DNA of 64,000 bases. Origin: an uncultured virus (IMG/VR IMGVR_UViG_3300046336_000146). Taxonomy: Duplodnaviria; Heunggongvirae; Uroviricota; Caudoviricetes. How positions within the stretch are numbered: position 1 is the first letter of the stretch; each line of letters opens with the position of its first letter. This document shows positions 21,600 through 31,482 of the stretch, piece after piece. Location of the stretch: IMG/VR virus record IMGVR_UViG_3300046336_000146. One strand, given 5' to 3'. A program made the position numbers and the translations under genes. Under the pieces are notes generated by a model that ran no database searches, had not been told where the DNA came from, and worked only from the letters and a program-made list of their open reading frames with translations.

Positions 21600-21967
21600 T
21601 TCAATGTGTAATGGTCGCCAGTTCTCATATATAAATCTAGCTGTTTTTTTGCTTTTGAGAACTTTAGAGTGTTTTTTCCTTTTAACAAATCTTCAACATA
21701 TAAATTTTTTTTCATAAATCGGACAAAATTCTTGACATAGTAGCCTTTTTCATCATCGTTTTGTTTCTCTAAAATATTAAGTAAATACTTCATAAAAACA
21801 TTGTATAAATCTTGAAGAGCTTCTTCAGAATGTCCACTTTTTTCTGAAAACTTTTTTATTAAATCTTTTTCAGTGAAATAATCTAAATCATCTTTTTTTA
21901 CATAAGTATTTCTCTCTATTTGGAAATAACCTTCCTTTGATTTATTTCTCCAACTTAACCCTCCCAT
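21596..21967 (-). CDS. HU/IHF-like DNA-binding protein (divergent)
   Basis: LIKKFSEKSGHSEEALQDLYNVF..YVKNFVRF resembles the HU helix-turn-helix plus beta strand. Confidence 0.4.
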   Translation of the reverse strand: MGGLSWRNKSKEGYFQIERNTYVKKDDLDYFTEKDLIKKFSEKSGHSEEALQDLYNVFMKYLLNILEKQNDDEKGYYVKNFVRFMKKNLYVEDLLKGKNTLKFSKAKKQLDLYMRTGDHYTLK

Positions 21968-21969
21968 GA

Positions 21970-22317
21970 TTAATCAGAATCATATTGTAAAATTATATAC
22001 TTATCCTTTTTACCTTCAACTATATCTCTTACATTTTTAAAGTATTCGTGAACCTCTTTTCCTGTTTTATACTCCTTCTTTTTTAGAATACCTTTTCGAG
22101 TTAGTCTATCTAAAACTTGAAAGTAACTCTCTTTACTAGCTTTATAATTTACAATGAAAGACATTTTACTGTCATACCCTACCTCCCCAGCATGCACTAT
22201 CTCACAAAGTACATCTAACTCTCTGGGGGTTATATCTTCAAAATAGAAGATACATAGGGTATGAACTAACTGACGAACAGCTTTCATTTTATTTTTACTA
22301 GTATAGAAACTTAACAT
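21970..22317 (-). CDS. Possible winged-helix DNA-binding protein
   Basis: ITPRELDVL..QVLDRLTRKGIL. Confidence 0.4.
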   Translation of the reverse strand: MLSFYTSKNKMKAVRQLVHTLCIFYFEDITPRELDVLCEIVHAGEVGYDSKMSFIVNYKASKESYFQVLDRLTRKGILKKKEYKTGKEVHEYFKNVRDIVEGKKDKYIILQYDSD

Positions 22318-22571
22318 ATGGACCCTTTTACAGTTGTTTCATTTACTAAATAGAGTCTGTCGTACATCACTCCATCAATGATTAATTCATTTACGTAGTT
22401 GGATTCCACTAACACTTTTGAACCTTTAAAATAAAGACTGTTCATGTGTGTGTTGACTACTTCAAAAGTGTGATATCCTTTATCTCCTTTACTAAAAGAC
22501 TCTTTACTTTTAATTAATAAAAGTGGTGTTTGTAATTTTATTTTCTCTATTTCTTGTTCTTGTAGTTCCAT
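22311..22571 (-). CDS. GroES-like co-chaperonin (divergent)
   Basis: 86 aa; C-terminal ELIIDGVMYDRLYLVNETTVKG resembles the Cpn10 EVKIDGEEYLIL.E.DILA pattern; groEL lies about 1.6 kb downstream. Confidence 0.4.
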   Translation of the reverse strand: MELQEQEIEKIKLQTPLLLIKSKESFSKGDKGYHTFEVVNTHMNSLYFKGSKVLVESNYVNELIIDGVMYDRLYLVNETTVKGSIC

Positions 22572-22954
22572 GCGATACTTCTGCTTATTATTTTATCTTT
22601 ATCTTTTAACTTATCTCTAAATCCATCTTTGTTTTCCCTTATATCTTTCTGCAGATGATAAATTATCTTCCTAACTTGTTTTGGGAAATAACCATATATT
22701 TTAATTAATCCTACGTATTCAAATAAAGCATTCTCTTCGTCTTTTTTATAGTAGGCGAATATAACAAGCCTATTAAATTTTTTATCGTTTATAACGGCTA
22801 ATTTTACTCTGTCATATTGTAAAAAAAGAAAAATCTTAGCTCTTATTCTCCTTCTAAAAACATCCGCGCCATATTTCATTAAGATAAAAAGAAACCTAAA
22901 ATAAGAATCTGAAAAATATGTACCTTCTTTTGCCAAAACAAACATTTTATGCAA
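22547..22954 (-). CDS. Hypothetical protein, first gene of the minus-strand block
   Basis: ORF directly downstream of the leftward promoter; true start probably slightly internal. Confidence 0.5.
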   Translation of the reverse strand: MHKMFVLAKEGTYFSDSYFRFLFILMKYGADVFRRRIRAKIFLFLQYDRVKLAVINDKKFNRLVIFAYYKKDEENALFEYVGLIKIYGYFPKQVRKIIYHLQKDIRENKDGFRDKLKDKDKIISRSIAWNYKNKK

Positions 22955-22982
22955 ATATAGGAATTTACATAATATAATGCAA
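22952..22982 (-). promoter_or_regulatory. Bacteroidota sigma-type promoter TTGCA-N18-TATATTTG (leftward)
   Basis: Matches the -7 TAnnTTTG consensus with the upstream TTG element. Confidence 0.7.
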
Positions 22983-23076
22983 GCTATTTAACAAAACATT
23001 AACTATAATTTACAGTGGGTATATACTTTTTGGAAAATGTTTTTTATCTATGTATTTTTGCTGAAAGTAATTAGCA

Positions 23077-23337
23077 ATGCAAAAATTAGGATTATCTGAA
23101 TTTAAAGAAGTGTTTTATGACAACCTTGACACGTTAATAACTACAAGTCAGGTGCACGTAAGAGACTATGAAGATTTTTATGAAGAGGTTATTTTCAGAT
23201 GCTTTGATGTGTATCAAAGAGAGAGTAGCAGTTATGAGATTAGAGACATCGTAAAGCTGTTTCATATTTTTCTGTTCGCGATGTTTAAATATAAACCTAG
23301 TGTTGATAGAAATGAAGATGAAATTCTGATAAATTAA
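23077..23337 (+). CDS. Hypothetical protein
   Basis: 86-aa ORF, first on the plus strand. Confidence 0.5.
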   Translation: MQKLGLSEFKEVFYDNLDTLITTSQVHVRDYEDFYEEVIFRCFDVYQRESSSYEIRDIVKLFHIFLFAMFKYKPSVDRNEDEILIN

Positions 23338-23395
23338 ATTCTAAAAAAATACCATTATCTATTTAATCTATCTCTATTCTAAATCATCCAATACT

Positions 23396-23476
23396 ATCCT
23401 AAATATACACTAACCCCTATTATGTGGCTCACTTTTGAGAAAACTCCCTTAGAATCAGTACCTTACACTTTCAAAA
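23396..23476. repeat. 81-bp perfect direct repeat, intergenic copy
   Basis: Identical to 24168-24248, which lies inside the 447-aa gene. Confidence 0.95.
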
Positions 23477-23860
23477 AAGCTATTATAATCTTTCCCCCTT
23501 TCTGAAATAAATAAAAAAGAAAGCATATAGCACACAGTGGGGGAAATGGTAAAGCGGACAAAAAAGAAAATAAAAAGCTTTCAAGAAGGTTAGTAAAAAA
23601 TGTCCACTTTTTAAACTGAAATTAGTGCTTAGTTAATTTTTTAGTTTAAAATTAATTTTATATCTTTGTCTACACAAAAATTGTGACAGACTTGGTTGAG
23701 ATAAGTTCTCTAAAACACATTACATATCGGAGTTTAAAAGTAGTCGTGGAAACCTATAGATAAACTAAAAAATATATTCAAAAGTAATTTCGCTTTAGAT
23801 TTAATAAACCCTGTTTCCACTTTAAGGTTTTATTATTTTTAAAGCGATTTTTATTTTTAT

Positions 23861-25204
23861 ATGACAAATACTGTAAACACTTTTGTTACTCTTCCTCCTT
23901 CTATGGTAAAAGATTTTGAAAAAATAAATTTTACAAAGGCTGAAAGAAATCACGCTTTAAAATTTATAGACAATCTAATGAAAAGGTCATTTAGAGAATA
24001 TGGAATGATTGATGGTTTTGTGGAAACTCCTAAAAACTATTTTAGAAAAGCATTTAATTCTCATTATCTTGTTTGGTTAGATAAATTACTTTCTCAAAAT
24101 ATCATTCTTTCTAATCAATCCTATTCTAATTCTATTTCTAATCCATATTCCAAATCCTATTCTATCAATCCTAAATATACACTAACCCCTATTATGTGGC
24201 TCACTTTTGAGAAAACTCCCTTAGAATCAGTACCTTACACTTTCAAAATTGATAAATATGAAGATGAGGAAAAACTTAATTTTTCTAGAGTTGTAGAAGA
24301 CTTATCTGCTATAAAAACAGACAGAAAAGTTTTAATGAGTTTAGCGGCTATAGAAGTAGAAAAAATAAAAATAGAGGATTTTAAAATAAATGAAAATGTC
24401 AATAGGGATAGTTTTAATGTATCATTTGGAGGAGATAAAAAATATTGGATGTCAAAAGAAAAAGCTATTCAAAAAAGCATAGAGTTAGATAAAACATTGA
24501 TTCAAGATGATAACAAGTTTTATGTTATTGATGAGTACGAATTTATACTTAGAAAAAAGTCTTCAGTTTTACAATCATATCAAGATGCTATTAATAAAAT
24601 AGCGAACAAAAAGTTTTATGGTAAAAGAAATAGCACGAATAATAGGTTAGATACAAACTTAACAAATATGGCTAAAGTTTTGACCAATGAAGTTTGTCTA
24701 AAAAACAACCTAGTTCAATTTGATTTATGTAACTCTCAATTTGCTATATTATCTGATTTATTAGAAGGAACACTAAAAACAGAAGACTTCATTCAATTTA
24801 AAACACATTCCTACAACGGAAGTTTATATGAATATGTCATGAAACAATTAAATCTAGAAAGTAGATTAGATGCTAAAAAAATGATGTTTGAATTAATGTT
24901 TTCAAAGGAAGGCTATCAAAGTAATCTGAAATCAAAGCTAAAACAGATATTTCCCTCGGTAGTACAGACTGTAGACGACTATAAAAAAGAGAACAGGTAT
25001 AACAACTTTTCAATAATGTTACAAAAAAGAGAATCTGAAATATTTATAGACGGTCTATGGAAACAAATAAAGAATAAGAAAATATTTTGTACCCCAAAAC
25101 ACGATTGCCTTATAGTTAGAGAAAAAGACGCAGACAAAGTAGAAGAAATAATAAAAAAATATTTTGAAAAAATTAAATTCAAAGGTAAAATAATTAAAGA
25201 ATAA
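23861..25204 (+). CDS. Putative replication protein with family-A polymerase-like palm motifs
   Basis: FDLCNSQ (motif A-like), AKKMMFELMF (B-like), LQKRES and PKHDCLIV (C-like); contains the second 81-bp repeat copy. Confidence 0.5.
   Translation: MTNTVNTFVTLPPSMVKDFEKINFTKAERNHALKFIDNLMKRSFREYGMIDGFVETPKNYFRKAFNSHYLVWLDKLLSQNIILSNQSYSNSISNPYSKSYSINPKYTLTPIMWLTFEKTPLESVPYTFKIDKYEDEEKLNFSRVVEDLSAIKTDRKVLMSLAAIEVEKIKIEDFKINENVNRDSFNVSFGGDKKYWMSKEKAIQKSIELDKTLIQDDNKFYVIDEYEFILRKKSSVLQSYQDAINKIANKKFYGKRNSTNNRLDTNLTNMAKVLTNEVCLKNNLVQFDLCNSQFAILSDLLEGTLKTEDFIQFKTHSYNGSLYEYVMKQLNLESRLDAKKMMFELMFSKEGYQSNLKSKLKQIFPSVVQTVDDYKKENRYNNFSIMLQKRESEIFIDGLWKQIKNKKIFCTPKHDCLIVREKDADKVEEIIKKYFEKIKFKGKIIKE
24168..24248. 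repeat. 81-bp perfect direct repeat, intragenic copy
   Basis: Identical to 23396-23476. Confidence 0.95.
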
Positions 25205-25205
25205 T

Positions 25206-25236
25206 TTGCATAAGTGAATTTAAAACACTATCTTTG
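25206..25236 (+). promoter_or_regulatory. Promoter TTGCA-N18-TATCTTTG
   Basis: Bacteroidota consensus, same spacing as the other copies. Confidence 0.7.
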
Positions 25237-25442
25237 TGGCATATAGATAATTAACATGGTAGAAAAAATATACCCTTTATATTACAAAGGAAAGTTTTGG
25301 GAAGAAGTAGAGGTTAATGACGTTTTTAGAGCTTTTTATCACACAAAAGCATCTCTAGACCATCAAACATCTGTTTACGTCTCAGAAGGGCTTAGAATAA
25401 CTCCAGAAGGTGATTGGGTTGAATAATTAAAATTATAAAATT

Positions 25443-25685
25443 ATGAGCAATGATTGTTTTGAAGGAATAAATCAAGATAGGAAATTAAAAAAAGAAAAGA
25501 GGCGTATAAAAAACAGAAGTATTTTTGATAAATACGAGTTTAAAATAATTAAAGAAGTTAATAATATTGTAACTTTTATGCATGATAATAGTGTGTTCTT
25601 CTTTACCGAAGCAACTGCAACAGTCAGAGAACAAGGTAGTAAAATAAAAATACCACTAAAAAATTTTTTGAAAGGAGAATATTAA
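25443..25685 (+). CDS. Hypothetical protein
   Basis: 80-aa ORF. Confidence 0.45.
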   Translation: MSNDCFEGINQDRKLKKEKRRIKNRSIFDKYEFKIIKEVNNIVTFMHDNSVFFFTEATATVREQGSKIKIPLKNFLKGEY

Positions 25686-25867
25686 AGATTTCGCAAAAAC
25701 AACTTAAAGATTAAAAATGGGAAGGTTAGCAGAATATTTTCAATACTTAGAAACACCTACTGATAAACTAGCAGATTTTAAAGCCAAAAGTTGTTGGATT
25801 TCTATAAAAGAAGAGGATAAAAGACTTAGAAAGAGCCTTAAACTTTATAATAAACAGAATAAATAAA

Positions 25868-27373
25868 ATGAGCTATAAATTAAGAGACTACCAAGAAAAA
25901 TCTGTAGAAAAAGGTTTAGAAATATTAAACTCCAAGAAACCTAGGAAAGGCCTTTTAGTACTTCCTACAGGAGCTGGAAAGAGTTTAATAGTAGCAGAAT
26001 TAGCAAGAACTTTTGATAAGCCTCTAATTTGTTTACAGCCTTCTCTAGAACTTTTACAGCAGAATTTTCAAAAACTGATTGATTCAGGAGGAGAGGCTAC
26101 AATATATTCTGCTAGTATGAACGAGAGAAATTTAAGTCATCTTACTTTTGCTACCATAGGTACGCTAATAAAAGCCAAAAAAGAACTGAAAGAAATGGGA
26201 GTCAGGCATATTGTAGTAGATGAAGCTCATTTAAAGTCGAAATCAGGCTCTCAGTTGCACGATTTAGTAAAAGAGGTAGGTATTACTCACATAGTTGGTT
26301 TAACAGCTTCTCCTGTCTATTTAGAGGGTGGCATGGAAGGAAGTGAAGTTAAGATGATGACACGTGTTAGGGGAGGAATGTTTAAGAATATAGACTACGT
26401 CCATCAGATACAGGATATGGTGAAGCAGAAATTTTGGGCAGAACTAGTTTATAAAGTTGTAGAGCAAAATGAAGCACTGTTGACCGTTAATAGTTCAGGA
26501 TCCGACTTTACTCAACAAAGTTTGGTTAGTTTCTATGAGGGTAATAGAATAAAGGACCAAATAGTAGAAGAAGTTGCTTTATTGAGAGAAGAGGGTAGAA
26601 AGTCTATATTAGTTTTTGTACCAACTATTGAAGAAGCCGAGAAAGTTGCAAATAGAATAGAAGACAGTCGTTTTATTCATAGTAAAATGAATGCGACCGA
26701 CAGAGATGAAGTAGTAACAGACTTTAAAAACTTAAAAATACCTGTAGTTATAAATGTATCTGTATTATCTACTGGGTTTGACCATCCACAACTAGATGGG
26801 ATAGTTTTAGCTAGATCTACTATGTCAATAGCTTTATTTTACCAAATGCTTGGAAGGGCCTGCAGAATACACCCAAATAAAAAAGATGCAAAAATAGTAG
26901 ACCTCTCAAACAGCTACAACAGGTTTGGAAAATTAGAAGATTTAAATTTTACAAATTTAGAGGGGTGGGGCTGGGGTATGTTTTCTAACGAAGTGCTACT
27001 TACGAATTTCCCGCTAAAAGCAAAAAATAGACCCACAAAGGAAAGTTTATTAGCTAAATTAAATTGGGAGAAAAGTAAAAAAGAGCAAAGTACCTCAGAA
27101 GAAATTAAATTTTATTTTGGTAAGTATAAAAATAAAAGCGTGATTGAGGTAATGAAAGAAAATAAGTCTTATCTTACATGGCTTTTAGACCAAAAAGATT
27201 TTAATTGGTATGGAGACAACGGAAAAAGATTGAAGGAATCTATACAGCGACATTTAGGAGTTTTTGTAGAAATCACTGTCAAAGATATCTTAGATTTTAA
27301 CCCTAAAAATTCCGCTATAAATAGTTATACAAACTCAATAAAAACAATAGCTGATTTAAGAAACGCCTTTTAA
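25868..27373 (+). CDS. Superfamily 2 helicase (RadD/UvsW-like)
   Basis: LRDYQ, PTGAGKS, DEAH, TAS, TGFD and QMLGRACR motifs. Confidence 0.9.
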   Translation: MSYKLRDYQEKSVEKGLEILNSKKPRKGLLVLPTGAGKSLIVAELARTFDKPLICLQPSLELLQQNFQKLIDSGGEATIYSASMNERNLSHLTFATIGTLIKAKKELKEMGVRHIVVDEAHLKSKSGSQLHDLVKEVGITHIVGLTASPVYLEGGMEGSEVKMMTRVRGGMFKNIDYVHQIQDMVKQKFWAELVYKVVEQNEALLTVNSSGSDFTQQSLVSFYEGNRIKDQIVEEVALLREEGRKSILVFVPTIEEAEKVANRIEDSRFIHSKMNATDRDEVVTDFKNLKIPVVINVSVLSTGFDHPQLDGIVLARSTMSIALFYQMLGRACRIHPNKKDAKIVDLSNSYNRFGKLEDLNFTNLEGWGWGMFSNEVLLTNFPLKAKNRPTKESLLAKLNWEKSKKEQSTSEEIKFYFGKYKNKSVIEVMKENKSYLTWLLDQKDFNWYGDNGKRLKESIQRHLGVFVEITVKDILDFNPKNSAINSYTNSIKTIADLRNAF

Positions 27374-27405
27374 TATCGTAAATCGCAATATAAAATATCA
27401 AAACT

Positions 27406-27606
27406 ATGGAAAAGATTAAAGACTTAATTTCGGCACAAAAAATTAGAACAGGGGAAGTCATAGACATGATAAACACTCTTCAAAAAATACAGAAGCAAAA
27501 ACTACAAAAAGATGACAGGGATTCTTTAGAAGTAACGTTAAGAGATTTAGATAATGAACTAACTTTAAGAACAAGTTTCATATCTGATTTGGAAGATTTA
27601 TTATAA
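27406..27606 (+). CDS. Hypothetical coiled-coil protein
   Basis: 66-aa ORF. Confidence 0.5.
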   Translation: MEKIKDLISAQKIRTGEVIDMINTLQKIQKQKLQKDDRDSLEVTLRDLDNELTLRTSFISDLEDLL

Positions 27607-27611
27607 AAAAC

Positions 27612-27642
27612 TTGCACAATTAAAAATAAAGCCGTACATTTG
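27612..27642 (+). promoter_or_regulatory. Promoter TTGCA-N18-TACATTTG
   Basis: Consensus match. Confidence 0.7.
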
Positions 27643-27680
27643 ACAAATGAAAAATTACTCGAAAAAAGGTTTAGAAAAAC

Positions 27681-28832
27681 GTGAATAAAAAATGGTACGG
27701 AGTAGGTTCTTCAAAATCACATGAAGATTTCATGGAACAATTGTATGAAAACAATTTAGGTTATAGAAAAGGACTGTTTGAAGTAGTTGGAAAATATAGA
27801 GGAGGAAAGAGTAAAGTCATATTAAAAGACAAATATGGTTACTGCTCTATATGCGCTTATGATTTGACATCAGGAAAAGTTCAAAAAACAACTATAAAAT
27901 CTGCGATATTTAAAACTCAGTACTTAAAAGAATACTTACGACAAAACAATAAAAACTTCTATAATGGCTATTTTAGAATTATATCTGAATATGATACAGC
28001 AAAGAGCGATATTTTAGCTATAGATTCATTAGGAAATATTCATAAAATTAAACCTTCATCCTTACTTAATGGTTGTAATTTATCTATAAAGTCTGCTATT
28101 GATAGAGAGGATTTTTTATTTAGAAAAATATGTAGTAGAAATAAGTATTTTAAATCAGGTGAAATTAAGTATATATCTAGTTTTGTAAAAAATCAAAGTT
28201 GTTTTATAAAAGTCTCTGATGAATTTGGAGAATATATAATGGACATATCAGTAGCTTATGTAGGTTCAAGACCAACAATAGAAATAGCAGTAAACAAAAA
28301 TGAAAATTTAATAAATAGGTTAAAACAAAACGGAGGTGATTATGACTACTCTAATGTCATTTATACTAAAATGGATGATAAGGTAAATATCATATGTAAA
28401 AAACATGGGATGTTTCAACAACGTTCTTCAAATCACATAAGAGGAGAAGGATGTCCTAAATGTGGCACTCAATCTATGTTAGAGATTAATTCTATATCAC
28501 CTACAGGTTGGACATACACTAATTGGATAAATGCAGGAATGAGGAGTAAAAAATTCGACTCTTTTAAAGTTTACATAGTTAAAATGGAATCGTTAGACGG
28601 TAAAGAGGAGTTTTATAAAATAGGTAAAACTTTTCTAACTATTAGAAATAGGTTCAAAGATATTAAAACTTATAAAGTAAGCGAAATATTAAAGATATTT
28701 GAAAGCAAAGACGGTAGATTCATAACAGAAAAAGAAACAGAACTGTTAAGAATAAATAAAAAGTTTAAGTATAGACCTAAAAATAATTTTGGAGGTTATA
28801 TGGAATGTTTTAGTAAAGTAATATATGATTAA
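27681..28832 (+). CDS. Putative homing endonuclease (Zn-ribbon plus GIY-YIG-like)
   Basis: YDYSNVIY..CKKHG..GCPKC; VYIVK..YKIGKT..GGYMECF; same family as 17395-18573. Confidence 0.65.
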   Translation: MNKKWYGVGSSKSHEDFMEQLYENNLGYRKGLFEVVGKYRGGKSKVILKDKYGYCSICAYDLTSGKVQKTTIKSAIFKTQYLKEYLRQNNKNFYNGYFRIISEYDTAKSDILAIDSLGNIHKIKPSSLLNGCNLSIKSAIDREDFLFRKICSRNKYFKSGEIKYISSFVKNQSCFIKVSDEFGEYIMDISVAYVGSRPTIEIAVNKNENLINRLKQNGGDYDYSNVIYTKMDDKVNIICKKHGMFQQRSSNHIRGEGCPKCGTQSMLEINSISPTGWTYTNWINAGMRSKKFDSFKVYIVKMESLDGKEEFYKIGKTFLTIRNRFKDIKTYKVSEILKIFESKDGRFITEKETELLRINKKFKYRPKNNFGGYMECFSKVIYD

Positions 28833-29310
28833 AACTAATAAATGTAAGGAGTGCAATAGACCGTCTTTTAGTAAAGGTTATTGTAAAATACATCAACCTA
28901 AAAAAAGCATAAAGTTAAGTAGAGATAGTACTAAGTTAAAAAAGGAAGAAAGGCAAGAAAAAAGAAGCGTATATTTTGATTATCACTTAGAAAGATGTGA
29001 ACGATCAGAAGAATCTTTTAAACAAATATTAAATCCAACAAGAGCTAATATTTGCCACTTAATAGATAAAAGTAGACACAAAAGTTTAGAAGATAATTTA
29101 GAAAATTACATATACTTAACTTTTACTGAGCACGAAAGGTTTGACCAATTACTTTTTTCACATAGATTTAAAGATTTAGAAAAAGAATTTAAAAATAGTT
29201 GGGAAATAGCTTGCATAAGATATAAAAATTTATTACCTTTGTGTGAAGAAACAACTCTTTTTACAAGAGAATTAATAAAATATTTAGATGGAAGAGAAAT
29301 TAAAAGTTAG
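28825..29310 (+). CDS. Zn-finger/HNH-like protein
   Basis: CKEC..CKIH; NICHLI..EHERFD. Confidence 0.4.
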   Translation: MIKTNKCKECNRPSFSKGYCKIHQPKKSIKLSRDSTKLKKEERQEKRSVYFDYHLERCERSEESFKQILNPTRANICHLIDKSRHKSLEDNLENYIYLTFTEHERFDQLLFSHRFKDLEKEFKNSWEIACIRYKNLLPLCEETTLFTRELIKYLDGREIKS

Positions 29311-29773
29311 CGACTTAATAAACTTGTCACAAGAAGACTATGTTAATACAAATACAATTTTAAATAATTTACTAAATCTGTCAAAAGATTATCATATGAT
29401 GGTCGATTTGTATGACCCTAACCAACTGGAAATAATTAAAAGAAAGTTTGACAGTGAAATGCAACATTTATCTCCTTACTATGCAAAAATTAAAAAATTT
29501 AAAGGGGGGCAGCATGTATACTTAGACGAAGTTAGAAAAAAAATAAAAGGCGAAGCATTGCAATTACTTTTAGAAGATGGTTATAAAGTTACCTCTGCTG
29601 AAACGTTAGTTTATAAAACAGATTATTACGTTAAAAGAATTAATCTTATGGAGAATATAAAAGAATTTATGATAAAAACCGAACTTTTATATGAACGTTT
29701 TGAGGCTACATTTAATGCAATAATTCAAAGTTACAGTACAGCGAGAAAAGAATTCGATAATAATAAAAGATAA
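29288..29773 (+). CDS. Helical protein, possible UvsY-like recombination mediator
   Basis: 161-aa coiled coil directly upstream of recA; function inferred from position only. Confidence 0.3.
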   Translation: MEEKLKVSDLINLSQEDYVNTNTILNNLLNLSKDYHMMVDLYDPNQLEIIKRKFDSEMQHLSPYYAKIKKFKGGQHVYLDEVRKKIKGEALQLLLEDGYKVTSAETLVYKTDYYVKRINLMENIKEFMIKTELLYERFEATFNAIIQSYSTARKEFDNNKR

Positions 29774-29775
29774 AA

Positions 29776-30813
29776 ATGGCAAAAGAAACAACAGAAAAAA
29801 GTAAGCAAACTTTAGAACAATTAGTAGCGGAATTAAATAAAGAATTAAAATTAGATTCGGTTCAAGTTATAGGAAGTTCGAAATCATTATCTATTCCGCG
29901 GTTAAGTACAGGTAGTTTAACTTATGATATTTGTACAGGCGGTGGTTGGGCAGTTGGTAGACATAATCACATTAGCGGAGTACCTTCAAGCGGAAAAAGT
30001 ACAGTATCTTTACTTACAATAAAAGAATACCAAGACTCAGGAGATGATAGAGCAACATTATTAGTAGATTCAGAATATGCGTTTGATAAAAATTACGCTA
30101 TAAAATTAGGAGTTGATTTAAGTAAAGTTATTATAATACAGCCTGATGACTTATCTCAAGGTCATGATGTTTTAATGGGACTTCTTACAAGAAATGCGAT
30201 TGGACTTTTTATTGTAGACTCCATTGCGGCATTATTACCTAAATCTGTTATTGAAAATGAAGCCGACGCATCTAATATTGGAAAACATGCTCAAGCTATT
30301 GGAAATATGTTTAAAATATCAAATAGTTATGTAGGTAAACAACAAGTTACAGCTCTGTGGATTAATCAAATTAGAGATCAAATAGGCGGCTATGGTGGAG
30401 GTACTACAATTCCAGGTGGGAAAGCACAAGGCTTTTATGCATCTATTATGATTGATGTTTTTAGAGGGAGTAAAGTAGACAACGGAGACGGTACTTTTAC
30501 AAATCGTGGTAAAATCAGAGTTACTAAAAATAAAACAGCTCCTCCTTATTCTGAGGGCGAGTATACTATGGAGCACGGTTCAGGTATCAATGTCTCAGAA
30601 GAAGTTTTAGACTGGGGGAATAAGTGTAGTGTTTTGTATAAAAAAGGACATTCATATTATTATGACGAAACCTTCGAAAATAACCCCGAAAAAAACAAAG
30701 ACCATATATTTTTAGGAAAAAGTAAAGGTGACTCAAAACATTTTTTAGACGATAATCTAGAACTTAGAAAAATTCTTTATGATAAAATTTTAGAAACGTA
30801 TTTAAACAAATAA
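29776..30813 (+). CDS. recA: RecA/UvsX-like recombinase
   Basis: STGSL, GVPSSGKST, DSEYAFD, IVDSIAAL, INQIR, PGGKA and KNKTAPP motifs. Confidence 0.95.
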   Translation: MAKETTEKSKQTLEQLVAELNKELKLDSVQVIGSSKSLSIPRLSTGSLTYDICTGGGWAVGRHNHISGVPSSGKSTVSLLTIKEYQDSGDDRATLLVDSEYAFDKNYAIKLGVDLSKVIIIQPDDLSQGHDVLMGLLTRNAIGLFIVDSIAALLPKSVIENEADASNIGKHAQAIGNMFKISNSYVGKQQVTALWINQIRDQIGGYGGGTTIPGGKAQGFYASIMIDVFRGSKVDNGDGTFTNRGKIRVTKNKTAPPYSEGEYTMEHGSGINVSEEVLDWGNKCSVLYKKGHSYYYDETFENNPEKNKDHIFLGKSKGDSKHFLDDNLELRKILYDKILETYLNK

Positions 30814-30978
30814 ATAGACATGAAAAATTCAACCACAACCTTATTATTACTAACTTTTACTTTACTTTTAAATTTGTTTTTTAACACCCCTGTTGATTTT
30901 TTAGCTATTTGTATATATTCTTCGACTGCATTAATATTAATGCAGCTAGAAGGGAAAGATAAAAAATAATTACAAGGA

Positions 30979-31311
30979 ATGAAGTACATACATAAAAGAG
31001 ATTTACACATTAGAGGTTTTAAGGGGGTGCAATTAAGTAAGACGATAGTTGCACCTGTCTTTTTAAATAGAGAAAAAGATTGGACTATAATTATAACAGA
31101 GTTTAACATACATTTAGAGAACAACAGTTTTTTTAATATAAAAAACAATCTTCTTGATATTTTATATGAAATCCATACAAAATACAAAGAAGGTACTCTA
31201 GAAAAAGATGTAGCAGAAGTGTATAAACAGTATGTAGAAAGAATTAAACCTTTAACAAAAAAAGAAGAAATAGAAATCTTACGAAAGCAAAGAAATGACA
31301 AAAATTCATAG
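30979..31311 (+). CDS. Hypothetical protein
   Basis: 110-aa ORF. Confidence 0.5.
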   Translation: MKYIHKRDLHIRGFKGVQLSKTIVAPVFLNREKDWTIIITEFNIHLENNSFFNIKNNLLDILYEIHTKYKEGTLEKDVAEVYKQYVERIKPLTKKEEIEILRKQRNDKNS

Positions 31312-31480
31312 AAATATTTTTTTAATTACCTTATATTTAATTATATCCTACTTAATCGGTTATTTTTTAATAAATGAGCACTGGTTTGTAGATATGCTTT
31401 TAGGTTTAGCTCTAACTGTTTTTTTAAGTTACATTATCTCCTTTATTTATTTAGTTATCAAAATATTAAAAATTTTATAA
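31295..31480 (+). CDS. Small two-TM membrane protein
   Basis: Two hydrophobic segments. Confidence 0.45.
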   Translation: MTKIHRNIFLITLYLIISYLIGYFLINEHWFVDMLLGLALTVFLSYIISFIYLVIKILKIL

Positions 31481-31482
31481 TT

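Noticed and set aside
256..21717. Plus-strand ORFs in the structural block (e.g. 256-624, 10241-10648, 15895-16365)
   Set aside because: Antisense shadows of long minus-strand genes with no independent motifs
1..22954. Stop-codon reassignment as in some crAss-like phages
   Set aside because: Long structural genes are intact under the standard code
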